Source: a bacterium (lineage in GTDB: Bacteria; Zixibacteria; MSB-5A5; GN15; FEB-12). From it: a stretch of 64,000 nucleotides of DNA. Shown in pieces: positions 1 to 9,280 of the stretch (position 1 is the first letter of the stretch; each line of letters begins with the position of its first letter). Under the pieces are notes generated by a model. It was not told where the DNA came from. It saw only the letters and a list, made by a program, of their open reading frames with translations, and did not search any database. Both the position numbers and the translations under genes were made by a program. The stretch spans positions 137,984-201,983 of the forward strand of contig JBDRNJ010000072.1 of assembly GCA_043811375.1 (NCBI GenBank). The letters run 5' to 3'.

Positions 1-257
1 TCACCTACCACTGCCGCCAGGTGCACCACCGCCGCCACCCCTTTCAGGGCTGTCGTCACGTCCCTGGCCTGCCGGATGTCGCCCCGGCAAAACTCGAAGC
101 GGGGGTGAGTAATATACGGCAGGAGCGACTCTCCCCCATATATAAGATTGTCTATGGTGCGAACGGAATAACCACCGGCCAGCAACTGTCCGATCAGCAC
201 CGACCCGATGTAACCGGCGCCGCCGGTGACCAGGACAGTTGTTGTTGTTGTAGTCAA
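1..257 (-). CDS. NAD-dependent epimerase/dehydratase (extended SDR) family protein, N-terminal fragment running off the window edge
   Basis: Not in the ORF track because it is open at the edge. Reverse-strand translation from TTG at 257 gives (M)TTTTTTVLVTGGAGYIGSVLIGQLLAGGYSVRTIDNL...RGDIRQARDVTTALKGVAAVVHLAA. The Rossmann TGGAGYIGS glycine motif sits at the N-terminus. An in-frame stop at 264-266 limits upstream extension. Confidence 0.7.
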   Translation of the reverse strand, partial: MTTTTTTVLVTGGAGYIGSVLIGQLLAGGYSVRTIDNLIYGGESLLPYITHPRFEFCRGDIRQARDVTTALKGVAAVVHLAAVVG

Positions 258-325
258 GGCAGTTTAGTCTTGTTCTCCGAGGTCATCGACCGGCTCCATC
301 TGACAGAATATTCCGGAGAAGTCTT

Positions 326-2500
326 TCACTTCTGCTGCAGGAGATTCCTGGCCGTCTCCAACTGTTCTCCTCTCAGGCCCATATCGATAGCTTTTTGAAG
401 GTTTTCCGCGGCTGCCTCGTTGCCTTCCATGTGCATGGCCATGCCGATCCAATAGAACGGTTCCGGTTCATCCTTGCGTGAACGGCTGGCTTTCAGCGCC
501 TCCCCCCGAGCCAGATCGTAACGGCCCGACTGGAAATAAACATAGCACAGGTTCATCCAGGTTCTCTGGTCGTGTTGTGAGTTGAACACGGCGTGTCGGG
601 CTATATTGGCAGCCCGATTGAGATCCTCCTGCTCCGTGGCCAGGATGCGGGAGAAGTAGTGACCGTTGTCGGCATTGGAGCGGGCTTCAATCAGATTTTT
701 CTCAAAGATATCAAATGCTTCCTGGCGTCGATCGAGTTCATAGAGCGCCCGTGCCTTCTGCACGGAGGCGGACACACGTCTCGGTTCAATGGACAATGCC
801 TTTTCCGCCAGGTCCAGGGCGGTTTCATAGGCCGACTGGTCGCACTTAATCCCGGCCAGCAGCACCAGAGCGTCAGTATTATCCTGGTCCAACTGTAGCA
901 GCAGTTCGATAAGCCGGTTCTTTTCGCTTTGCCGATCAAGTTTGTCAACCAGCGTTGATATTTCTTCGAACGCTACCAGATTCCCCCTGACCGCAGGGAA
1001 CCGTTGCACAAAGAGCGTCACACCTTCCTCAATGGCGCCGGACTCAACCAGGCAGACAGCTTTCAAAAGGGACAGTTCGGGGAAGTTGCGCTCCAGATCG
1101 GCATAGCCGTCAAACTGCTCGAGCGCGGTTTGTGGCTGTCCGATGCGGCGGTACATCTCCACCAAACCTTCAAAGGCCGGTCGGTTCCACGGTTCTTTGC
1201 CCAGTGCCAATTGATAATAGCGGGTAGCCAGATCGTATTTCCTGACAAAACGGTCAGCGTAAATATCAGCCAATCCGGCCAGCCAATCCGGCTGGGTGCT
1301 GTGATACTTATACAATAGAGACATCAATTCCTCAAATTCGTCGTGCTGTCCGGATCGATACAGGTTGTTAGCAGAAGTCAATCTGGCCGACAGGCGATTG
1401 GCCATCACCTCCGGTACTTTCTCCAGTGCTTTGAGACCGTCCACCCCCGGAAAGAATCCAGCATAAGTGACAGCGTTGGTGTACCACATGAACTCCTGAA
1501 ACTTCGGATCATACCGGTCCCGGCCCATAATTTTGCCGATGGCCGACACGTTGCCGGTACAGGTCATCATGTCCTCGCTTCTGCCCCGCACCTGAAGATC
1601 GAAGGCCAGAGCACTGATGCTCTGATGGACCAGCTTGCCATATTGGTCGCAGGCTTTTCGAGCGGTTACCTGATCCTGTATGGCCAGTGCCAGGAACATC
1701 TCCAGACCGGCTACCACCATTTCAGTGCCGGTATACTCCCGGAAATTGCTAATGACCTGCCTGGCTTCGAAGTAATAGTGGTGTCTCAAACAACGAAAGA
1801 AATGATCGAGCGCCAGATCAAAGTCAGCCTCGGTTAACGTCAAGCGGCCAACCGTTATGGACGAGTCGATCAATCCCGCCGCTTCCAGGTAAGCGACTCT
1901 CCGAGATATGTCGGCCGTTGATCCGGAAGATTGTTCGGTCGCAGTCTGATAGGCAACAGCCGCTGAATCAAAAAAGCCCTGGCGGCAATAAGACTCCGCC
2001 TTCAACACCGAAACAATGTCGGCTTCGGCTCCCAGCTCGGCGGCCCGGTCAGCCTCCTGTCTGGCCCGGACATACTGACCGACGTTTATCAAGGCTTGCG
2101 CCAGCACCAGTCTGGCCTGCGACTCATCGGGAAGCAGGGCACTGTACTCAGACGCAGCCTGAAAAGCGTCTTCGGATTCCTCCAGGTGTTTCATAATCCT
2201 GAACACACCCAGATGAGCCGGGGCAAACGAGGGTGTCCTTCGGTTGACCACCAGGTAGGAATGAAGGGCATCATACCACTGCAACTGACGCTCGAATACC
2301 AGCCCGATACCGTAGCCGCTCAACGGGGAGGTGGAATCGATGGCAGCCACCTGCTTAAACACGTCAATGGCGGCATCGAATTCGTAGTGATCGACATGCC
2401 TTTGTCCTGTCTTAAATAAATCCAGGATGCTCTCCTCAGGAGACTTGCTGCATCCCAAGGCTATCAGCACAAACACACCAACCGCAAAGCATTTTCTCAT
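326..2500 (-). CDS. TPR-repeat lipoprotein
   Basis: 724-aa ORF. The N-terminus MRKCFAVGVFVLIALGCSKS is a signal peptide with a lipobox (LGC). The rest is repetitive helical sequence with many TPR-like A/Y/L patterns (e.g. ..ALDLAEKALSIEPRR.., ..WMNLCYVYFQSGRYDLARGEALKA..). Confidence 0.75.
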   Translation of the reverse strand: MRKCFAVGVFVLIALGCSKSPEESILDLFKTGQRHVDHYEFDAAIDVFKQVAAIDSTSPLSGYGIGLVFERQLQWYDALHSYLVVNRRTPSFAPAHLGVFRIMKHLEESEDAFQAASEYSALLPDESQARLVLAQALINVGQYVRARQEADRAAELGAEADIVSVLKAESYCRQGFFDSAAVAYQTATEQSSGSTADISRRVAYLEAAGLIDSSITVGRLTLTEADFDLALDHFFRCLRHHYYFEARQVISNFREYTGTEMVVAGLEMFLALAIQDQVTARKACDQYGKLVHQSISALAFDLQVRGRSEDMMTCTGNVSAIGKIMGRDRYDPKFQEFMWYTNAVTYAGFFPGVDGLKALEKVPEVMANRLSARLTSANNLYRSGQHDEFEELMSLLYKYHSTQPDWLAGLADIYADRFVRKYDLATRYYQLALGKEPWNRPAFEGLVEMYRRIGQPQTALEQFDGYADLERNFPELSLLKAVCLVESGAIEEGVTLFVQRFPAVRGNLVAFEEISTLVDKLDRQSEKNRLIELLLQLDQDNTDALVLLAGIKCDQSAYETALDLAEKALSIEPRRVSASVQKARALYELDRRQEAFDIFEKNLIEARSNADNGHYFSRILATEQEDLNRAANIARHAVFNSQHDQRTWMNLCYVYFQSGRYDLARGEALKASRSRKDEPEPFYWIGMAMHMEGNEAAAENLQKAIDMGLRGEQLETARNLLQQK

Positions 2501-2691
2501 CAGGTTATCCTACCTTCCGAACAAACGGGATTTTCAATTGGGGCCAATCTATAACCTGTTATACCATAAATCCATAGCTTTTTTCATTCAAATCCCATGA
2601 ACTTCAGTGGAATCATTCTAAAGATATTACCGTGATCGGACAATCGGCGGAATTTGATTGGTTTTTAATCAAACATCGACTATATTTCAAT

Positions 2692-3417
2692 ATGGTAGTC
2701 CTTGAAGCAGATATGCTCAGCAAGTACTACCGCAGACGTGCCGTTGTCGATGAGGTTTCGATCGTTGTGAAACCGGGAGAAGTGGTAGGTCTGTTGGGGC
2801 CAAACGGAGCCGGCAAGACAACGACATTTTACATGATTATCGGATTTGTCAGACCTGATGGGGGTAAAGTGTATCTCGGCGGCAGGAATATCGGTGGCAA
2901 GCCCATGTATCGGCGAGCCAAACTGGGAATCGGTTATCTGGCTCAGGAGGCTTCGGTCTTTCGAAAAATGACGGTTGAGGATAACATTTTGTCGATTCTC
3001 CAGTTTCGCCGGATGAGCCGCAAGCGGCGCAAAGAGCGGTTGGATGAACTCCTGCAGCAGTTGGATATCGCCCACCTGCGCAAGAGCAAAGCCTACACGT
3101 TATCAGGCGGCGAACGCCGACGGGTTGAGATCACGCGAGCCCTCGTCAACGATCCCAAGTTTATGTTGCTGGACGAGCCGTTTGCCGGTATCGATCCCAT
3201 CGCCGTGGAAGACATACAGAAAATCATCAACCGCCTGGTTCAACATGGACTTGGAATCCTGATTACGGATCACAATGTTCGGGAGACACTTTCGATCTGT
3301 AGCCGGGCTTATATTATGTGCGATGGAAAGATCCTCAAATCGGGGACCTCGGAATTCCTGGCCGGCGATCCGGAAGCGAGAAAAATCTATTTGGGAGAAA
3401 AGTTTCGACTGGACTGA
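2692..3417 (+). CDS. lptB: LPS export ABC transporter ATP-binding protein LptB
   Basis: Walker [10 protein letters not shown], signature [11 protein letters not shown] and Walker [13 protein letters not shown] are present. The N-terminus [23 protein letters not shown] is typical of LptB, and the gene sits directly upstream of rpoN, the classic lptB-rpoN-hpf order. I prefer the ATG at 2692 over the ORF-track start at 2632. Confidence 0.85.
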   Translation: MVVLEADMLSKYYRRRAVVDEVSIVVKPGEVVGLLGPNGAGKTTTFYMIIGFVRPDGGKVYLGGRNIGGKPMYRRAKLGIGYLAQEASVFRKMTVEDNILSILQFRRMSRKRRKERLDELLQQLDIAHLRKSKAYTLSGGERRRVEITRALVNDPKFMLLDEPFAGIDPIAVEDIQKIINRLVQHGLGILITDHNVRETLSICSRAYIMCDGKILKSGTSEFLAGDPEARKIYLGEKFRLD

Positions 3418-3554
3418 ACAGTCCGTCGGCTTTGTCTAATATATGAACGATATAAGCCGGGAACGTCAATCGAGCAGGTTTGTTTCCGATAACATGATCG
3501 GAGCCGGTATTGACCGGCTGGAACCTTTCGGAGTACAAATCGGCAGGTAAGACT

Positions 3555-4940
3555 ATGAAACTTGGGCTACAATTAAGACTCCAGCAAACCCTGGCACCTC
3601 AGTTGATACAATCGCTGAAGATGCTCCAGATGCCGGTGCTCAAACTGGAGCAGACTATTCGTCAGGAGCTGTCCACCAACCCACTTCTGGAAGAAATAGA
3701 AGAACTGGAACCTGAGCAGGAACTCGACGCTGAGGCTGAAGAGACCGAAGAGAACCCAGACGAGGGTGTTGACTGGGACGAGTACCTCTCTGATGATGAA
3801 GAAGGTTACAAGGTACGTGAACCTCGGGAAGTTCGCGAGGATACTCTGGAGGGATCGGCATCATCGTCACGTAGCCTGCTGACCTACCTGCTGGAGCAGT
3901 TGTCGTTTTTGAAACTGTCCAATGAGGAATACCTGATCGGAGAGTATATCATCGGCAATATCTCGCCCGACGGTTACCTTACTATCGGGGTGCCGGAGAT
4001 GGCCCATGAGCTATCCCTTGACGCCGCCAAGATCGAGTTGGTACTGGCAATGGTCCAGCGTTTCGACCCGACCGGTGTCGGTTCGCGAGACTTGCGGGAG
4101 TCCCTTCTTATTCAGTTGCGAGAAAAAGGACTGGAAGACACCCTACCCTATCGGATCGTTGAGGAACATATCAACAAGTTGGATCGGAAGTCGATCCTGC
4201 AGATATCCAAACTGATGCACACCCCTCTGGAAAAGACAGAAGAGGCGATGGCCGAAATAAAGGAGCTCTCGCCGACACCGGCCTACGGTCGTTTTGCGGA
4301 AGCCGCGATGCCAATTGTCCCGGATCTGACGGTGGAGCGGTTTGGCGATGAGTATGTTGTCTTCCATAACGACCGGCATGTCCCCCGATTACGCATCAAC
4401 TCAGGATACAAAGCCCTGATGAAACGCGGCAGTGAGTCATCCAAGGACACCCGGCAATATATCAAGCAGAAACTGGAACAGGCTCGATGGCTGCTCAATG
4501 CCATCAATCAGCGACGTTCGACGATGATCCGGGTGATGGAAGCCATTATCGAAAAACAGCACGATTTCTTCGACAAAGGCCCCTCGTTTCTCAAACCGTT
4601 GATAATGGAGGAAATTGCCCAAAAGGTCGATATGAATGTGGCCACTATCAGTCGCGTGTCCAACAGCAAATACGTTCAGACTCCCTTTGGCGTTTACGAG
4701 ATCAAATACTTTTTCAACGCCGGTATCACCAAAGCTGATGGTGAGGATATGTCGAAAAGGTCGGTCAAACAACGCATAGAGGAGATTATCAAGGCGGAAC
4801 AACCCAGCCAACCGCTTTCTGACCAGGAAATCTATCGCTTACTGAACGAAGAGGGTATCCGCCTGGCGAGACGAACCGTCACCAAGTACCGTGAGGAGCT
4901 AAAGCTTCCAGCCGCCAGACTTCGCAAACGGGTCAAGTAG
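3555..4940 (+). CDS. rpoN: RNA polymerase sigma-54 factor RpoN
   Basis: The N-terminus MKLGLQLRLQQTLAPQLIQSLKMLQMP matches region I. An acidic region II follows, and the C-terminus carries an RpoN-box-like ARRTVTKYRE. ATG at 3555 is preferred, since the ORF-track start at 3510 would add an atypical 15-aa leader. Confidence 0.92.
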   Translation: MKLGLQLRLQQTLAPQLIQSLKMLQMPVLKLEQTIRQELSTNPLLEEIEELEPEQELDAEAEETEENPDEGVDWDEYLSDDEEGYKVREPREVREDTLEGSASSSRSLLTYLLEQLSFLKLSNEEYLIGEYIIGNISPDGYLTIGVPEMAHELSLDAAKIELVLAMVQRFDPTGVGSRDLRESLLIQLREKGLEDTLPYRIVEEHINKLDRKSILQISKLMHTPLEKTEEAMAEIKELSPTPAYGRFAEAAMPIVPDLTVERFGDEYVVFHNDRHVPRLRINSGYKALMKRGSESSKDTRQYIKQKLEQARWLLNAINQRRSTMIRVMEAIIEKQHDFFDKGPSFLKPLIMEEIAQKVDMNVATISRVSNSKYVQTPFGVYEIKYFFNAGITKADGEDMSKRSVKQRIEEIIKAEQPSQPLSDQEIYRLLNEEGIRLARRTVTKYREELKLPAARLRKRVK

Positions 4941-5112
4941 AAGATACGGTACAACCCGACAGGGAACAGACAACCTGTCGCATCGGAGGAAGAGGGCACA
5001 TGGAACGAGCCGAAAATCTTCAATCCCGGGCCGCGGTGAGCGCCCGATACCCCTCACGGCGGCACCCTTCCATTCAACGCCGGCAAATCATTTTCGGCAG
5101 TGAACCTGTTCA

Positions 5113-5140
5113 GACCGGGTGGCTGCCGGTTATTTTTTTT
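5113..5140 (+). terminator. putative rho-independent terminator downstream of rpoN
   Basis: The stem gaccgg/ccggtt (one G-U pair) encloses a 7-nt loop and is followed by a T8 run at 5133-5140. The stem is short, so confidence is moderate. Confidence 0.5.
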
Positions 5141-5295
5141 AGTCGATGCGGAGAGAATAATCGTAAGACTTAATAGGGAAAAGATGGCTGCGTCGACGCC
5201 CGGCGCCGGCGATGTCAAGGTTAATGAGAGTAGTCGACTGCTGCTCTCCCGTCAAACGACGACCGGAAAGTTACATGGAAAGGAGGTTTGTGACG

Positions 5296-5655
5296 ATGCA
5301 AAAGGTGATCACGGCCCGCCATTTTGATCTCACCCCAGAAATGAAGGAGAAAGCGGAGAAAGAAATGGACCGACTGACTCGCTACTTCGGCAATATCGTC
5401 TCCGCCGAACTCGTTCTCGATACCGAAAGACACCTCCGCACGGCGGAATTGAAAGTCAACGTGTACAACAATATGATCGCCGGCACCGGCGAAACGGATG
5501 ATATGTACAACTCCATAGCCGTGGCGGTCGACAAGGTTAAGGGACAACTGAAGAAATACAAGTCGAAATTGAAACAGAGGTCCCCGGAAGAAATCACTAA
5601 CATCAAGGACAGGTCTACTCGTCCCAGCACTGATGTGGACGAACTGGATACATAG
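5296..5655 (+). CDS. hpf: ribosome hibernation promoting factor (HPF/RaiA family)
   Basis: MQKVITARHFDLTPEMKEKAEKEMDRLTRYFGNIVSAELVLD... is typical of HPF/YfiA. AGGAGG at 5281-5286 lies 9 nt upstream of the ATG at 5296. The position after rpoN is conserved in many bacteria. Confidence 0.88.
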   Translation: MQKVITARHFDLTPEMKEKAEKEMDRLTRYFGNIVSAELVLDTERHLRTAELKVNVYNNMIAGTGETDDMYNSIAVAVDKVKGQLKKYKSKLKQRSPEEITNIKDRSTRPSTDVDELDT

Positions 5656-5743
5656 CTGATATTCGCGACATGCTATCGGAAATGCCGAGTACCGAATAGG
5701 CACCCTGCCACCGGTATTAAGCTACTATCGTCAGACAAGCTAC

Positions 5744-5775
5744 AGCCCGCCTGATCTCAGGCGGGCTTTTTTTCA
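5744..5775 (+). terminator. rho-independent terminator of hpf
   Basis: A perfect 8-bp GC-rich stem agcccgcc/ggcgggct with an 8-nt loop is followed by a T-run (5767-5774). Confidence 0.8.
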
Positions 5776-5799
5776 TGGAGGGATAGGGGTGCAAGTTCT

Positions 5800-5830
5800 T
5801 GTAGGGCAGGTCTCCTCTTAGAAACCTGCC
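5800..5830 (+). repeat. hairpin repeat family R1 (tgtagggcaggtctc-loop-ga[g/a]acctgcc), copy 1
   Basis: cttgtagggcaggtctcctcttagaaacctgcc. It shares 17 nt (cttgtagggcaggtctc) with the reverse complement of 54754-54787 and has one stem mismatch. Confidence 0.8.
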
Positions 5831-5957
5831 AATTACAAGTCTCGTAGGTCAACCCCTGCGGTTTCGACATACACTTAAGGCTTGACATTCCCGCTTCTCT
5901 CGCACAACATTTATTTGTGTATAACGTAGCGAAATCGTCATTGCGAGGTGCGAAGCG

Positions 5958-5992
5958 CTGTGGTAAACCGCGAACTCTGATCGCTACCACAC
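5958..5992 (+). repeat. hairpin repeat family R2, degenerate copy
   Basis: ctgtggtaaaccgcgaactctgatcgctaccacac aligns with 46743-46775 (tgtgaaccgcgatcgcagatcgcggccacacag), with several substitutions or indels that weaken the stem. Confidence 0.55.
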
Positions 5993-6026
5993 TGGCCGAA
6001 AAAGGGGGTAATCTGGAGTTCCTAAC

Positions 6027-9000
6027 ATGAAGGTAAAAAAGCACGAACAACAACGGTTGTTATTCGGGTCACGCGATTCCGTTCTGGAGGCGGCTGATAA
6101 GCTGGTAAACGCTGCTAATGATCTTATGCGTACTTCCAATACTGAAGAGGACTTGCGCATCGGGTTTGAAAAAGCGCTGGAGCCTTTATGCAGAAGTATA
6201 GGGATCAAACTTGAGCCAAGATATGAAAAGTATGCCAAGTTCACAAGGGTGTTCTCTGACGTGATGCATGGACGGGTTCTTATTGAATACGAAAACCCAG
6301 GTGCCTTTAAATCTCAAAAATGGATAGAACACGCATATGACCAGCTATTTGACCAAATCCAGGGCGAAGCAAAGGCCGAGAAAGAAACCCTATTCCTTTT
6401 TGACCCAAAATTTGTAGGAGTCGCTTTTGACGGCAAACAAATATTTTTTGTTCGCTACAGGGGAGAGAAAAATAAAGCTAAAATCACCCTTAATAAAAGA
6501 GATTTTATTCTAGAAGGCCCCCATCCTTTTGACCAGCAAAGCGCACGCACACTGCTTACCTATTTGCGCGCACTCTCCCGCAAACTCCTGACCGCCGTGA
6601 ACCTCGCGGAGGTCTTCGGGCCCAAAAGCAAGGTTGCTCCTATGGCTGTCTCCGCTTTTGCGGACGCGCTGGAGCACTGGGGCGGCGACAGGGTGAAGGT
6701 CTTCTTTAACGAGTGGAAGCGGCTTTTTGGCATTGTCTACGGGGAAAGGTTCGGTGCCCACTCGGCCGAGGACGCCAATGCGCTTTCAAAGCAATATAAC
6801 GTGGGCAGGAAGACCAACCTTCAGGAGCTTCTTTTTTCGGTCCACACCTATTTCGCTCTTCTTATGAAGTTTATTGCAGCCGAACTCATCACCTTCAAGG
6901 AGAGCTCCTTTTCGGCGTCGTTTTCCCACGATCTCACGCATTGCTCAAAGAACGGACTTAAGGCCCGGCTTGCCGATATCGAGGACGGGGGGGTATACGC
7001 CAAACGGGGCATAACGAATTTTCTGGAGGGCGATTTTTTCAGGTGGTATCTTGATGCCTTCTCTCCTCGACTTGAGGATGCCGTGAGGGAGATCGCCAGG
7101 GGACTCTCGGAGTTCGAGCCTGCCACAACAATGATCGATCCTGAGTCAACCCGAGACCTATTGAAAAAGCTGTATCAGTATCTGGTGCCACAACAGGTGC
7201 GGCATAACCTGGGCGAATACTATACCCCTGACTGGCTAGCGGAGCTTGTCCTGGACGAGACTGGGTACAAGGGCAATCTCAAAAAGCGGCTCCTCGACCC
7301 GGCCTGTGGCTCCGGCACGTTCCTCGTGCTGGCCATAAAGCGTGCCATAGAGCACGGTAAAGAATATCGTTATTCGCCCCTTGAGACTGTCAAGAGCATT
7401 GTCGAAAACATATGGGGTTTCGATCTTAACCCATTGGCTGTTATTGCGGCGCGTACCAACTACCTTTTTGCACTGGGCGACATGATCTCGGAACTGCCCT
7501 CCTTCGAGGTGCCTGTGTATCTGGCCGATTCGGTCTTGTGGCCTGAAAGAAGACAGATCCACATTACAGCATCGGAATCAGTTGAAATACCCACTTCCGT
7601 TCAGACCTTTCTGGTACCGAAGGTCTGGGTCGAGAACAAGGGCTTCCATATGACCAGGGCCGCACCCCTCGTTGAGAAAATGTCAAGAGAGCGCTACGAA
7701 GTCTCCGAGGCCATGGAGAGGTTCAAAAAGGAAGGTCTTGCCTTTCCGCCACACGAGGAGGCTGTTCAATGCTTCTACGCCGACATACTGAAGCTCGAAA
7801 AGGAAGGGAAAAACGGTATCTGGGCGCGCTTTCTTAAGAACTCTTTCGCCCCTCAGACGGCTGGAAAGTTTGATTACGTAGCTGGAAATCCTCCCTGGAT
7901 AAGGTGGGATTACCTTTCCCAAGAGTACCGCGCTGCGACGCTTTCCCTCTGGCAGGAATACGGCCTTTTTTCACTCAAGGGATTTCAGAGTAGACTTGGC
8001 GGTGGGAAGAAAGATTTTTCCATGCTTTTTACCTATGCCTCCGCCGACCACTACCTCAATGACAAGGGCAGACTCGGCTTTCTTATAACCCAAGAGGTCT
8101 TCAAGTCCAAGGGCGCGGGTGAGGGTTTCCGGAAGTTCTGTCTTGGGCCAAACGGCAAGCCGCTCAAGGTCTTGAAGGCCCACGACCTCGTAACCGTACA
8201 GCCCTTCGAGGGAGCCGCCAACAAAACTGCCGCTATAGTTTTAGAGAAGGGGCGATCTACTAAGTATCCTGTCCCATATACAGTGTGGACACGCAAAAAG
8301 AAGGTCGGGAGGATACCAACGGACTTCGTGCTAAAAGAGGCGTTACAGTTACTCCAAAAAGAGAAGCTGTCGGCACAACCGATGGGCTCTAAGTTGGGTG
8401 CTTGGCAAACTTATCCCTTAGAATCAGAGGATTTAACGAAGATACAAGGTAAGAATTATTATACTGCCCATTCTGGTGCTTATATTTCTCCTTACGGAGT
8501 ATTCTGGTTGAAAATTAAACAAGTGTTATCTAACGGTGACTTGCTTGTTGAAAACCTTACCGAAAAAGGGAAGACAAAAATTCCTAAATTAGAAGAAACA
8601 ATTGAGCAAGATTTAGTTTATCCCGGCCTGCGTGGCTCGGATATTCAAAGGTGGCAAGCAACTCCTAAAATACATGTTTTGCTTACCCAAGACCCATCTA
8701 AACGGGAACCATATCCAGAAGCAGTTATGAAAAGAGAGTGGCCAAGAACTTATGGATATCTAACAAAATTCAAAGGAATTTTACAGTCAAGAGCATCAAA
8801 GATATTACAAGATTTGGCACGAAAAACTTCTTTTTACGCAGTTTTCGGAGTTGCAAATTATACAATGAGTAATTATAAGGTCGTATGGAAACGAATGACT
8901 AATGATTTAATCGCAACAGTTATTTCACAAACGAAAACATCGTTCGGGTATAAAACTATCATCCCTTTTGAAACAACAGCCCTGATTGCTACCGATAACG

Positions 9001-9278
9001 AATCCGAAGCCCATTATCTCTGCGCTATTATCAATTCAAAACCAGTTCGCGATTTTATTAAGTCATTTTCTTCCGCTGGCCGGGGCTTTGGCACACCTTC
9101 AGTGATGAACTATGTAGGGATTCCTATGTTCGACCGGGGGAACAAGATACACAGCGAGCTCGCGCGCCTTTCCAAGATGCTACACAAACTCAAAAAAGAG
9201 GATAAAACAGACGAAATCCCCGGCTTTGAGAAGGAAGTGAACAAACAAGCGCGAAAGATGTTTGGAATCAAAGAATAA
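6027..9278 (+). CDS. single-polypeptide type IIG/IIL-like restriction-modification enzyme homologue: N-terminal MmeI-like nuclease-like domain, gamma-class N6-adenine methyltransferase and TaqI-C-like specificity domain
   Basis: 1083-aa ORF with GGAG 8 nt upstream of the ATG. SAM motif I is LLDPACGSGTFLVLA and motif IV is DYVAGNPPWIRWDY. The C-terminal LVYPGLRGSDIQRW resembles the TaqI_C specificity-domain signature. The N-terminal FSDVMHGRVLIEYENPGAF...AYDQLFDQI resembles, from my memory, the MmeI-family nuclease motif (D-x9-E-x-K ... AYDQALDY). Here it reads D-x8-E-x-E. Confidence 0.8.
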   Translation: MKVKKHEQQRLLFGSRDSVLEAADKLVNAANDLMRTSNTEEDLRIGFEKALEPLCRSIGIKLEPRYEKYAKFTRVFSDVMHGRVLIEYENPGAFKSQKWIEHAYDQLFDQIQGEAKAEKETLFLFDPKFVGVAFDGKQIFFVRYRGEKNKAKITLNKRDFILEGPHPFDQQSARTLLTYLRALSRKLLTAVNLAEVFGPKSKVAPMAVSAFADALEHWGGDRVKVFFNEWKRLFGIVYGERFGAHSAEDANALSKQYNVGRKTNLQELLFSVHTYFALLMKFIAAELITFKESSFSASFSHDLTHCSKNGLKARLADIEDGGVYAKRGITNFLEGDFFRWYLDAFSPRLEDAVREIARGLSEFEPATTMIDPESTRDLLKKLYQYLVPQQVRHNLGEYYTPDWLAELVLDETGYKGNLKKRLLDPACGSGTFLVLAIKRAIEHGKEYRYSPLETVKSIVENIWGFDLNPLAVIAARTNYLFALGDMISELPSFEVPVYLADSVLWPERRQIHITASESVEIPTSVQTFLVPKVWVENKGFHMTRAAPLVEKMSRERYEVSEAMERFKKEGLAFPPHEEAVQCFYADILKLEKEGKNGIWARFLKNSFAPQTAGKFDYVAGNPPWIRWDYLSQEYRAATLSLWQEYGLFSLKGFQSRLGGGKKDFSMLFTYASADHYLNDKGRLGFLITQEVFKSKGAGEGFRKFCLGPNGKPLKVLKAHDLVTVQPFEGAANKTAAIVLEKGRSTKYPVPYTVWTRKKKVGRIPTDFVLKEALQLLQKEKLSAQPMGSKLGAWQTYPLESEDLTKIQGKNYYTAHSGAYISPYGVFWLKIKQVLSNGDLLVENLTEKGKTKIPKLEETIEQDLVYPGLRGSDIQRWQATPKIHVLLTQDPSKREPYPEAVMKREWPRTYGYLTKFKGILQSRASKILQDLARKTSFYAVFGVANYTMSNYKVVWKRMTNDLIATVISQTKTSFGYKTIIPFETTALIATDNESEAHYLCAIINSKPVRDFIKSFSSAGRGFGTPSVMNYVGIPMFDRGNKIHSELARLSKMLHKLKKEDKTDEIPGFEKEVNKQARKMFGIKE

Positions 9279-9280
9279 GC

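Noticed and set aside
2658-2686. TTGGTT-17-TATATT promoter-like string that would make lptB leaderless
   Set aside because: The -35 is weak, and the -10 sits only 5 nt before the ATG. The idea is speculative and alternative starts exist.
3592-3606. TGGCACctcagTTGA, and a second weak -24/-12-like string at 5185-5199 (TGGCTGcgtcgACGC)
   Set aside because: The first lies inside the rpoN coding sequence and lacks the -12 GC. The second has a poor -12 element (ACGC). Both are plausibly chance matches.
5100-5327. 75-aa plus-strand ORF in the rpoN-hpf spacer
   Set aside because: It begins inside the terminator hairpin, overlaps the hpf RBS and start in another frame, and has no RBS or recognisable features.
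6027-9278. Interpreting the large methyltransferase as BREX PglX or as part of a DISARM or type I/III system
   Set aside because: No pglZ, brxC/brxL, helicase, separate S or R subunit genes are nearby. The N-terminal block looks MmeI-like instead.
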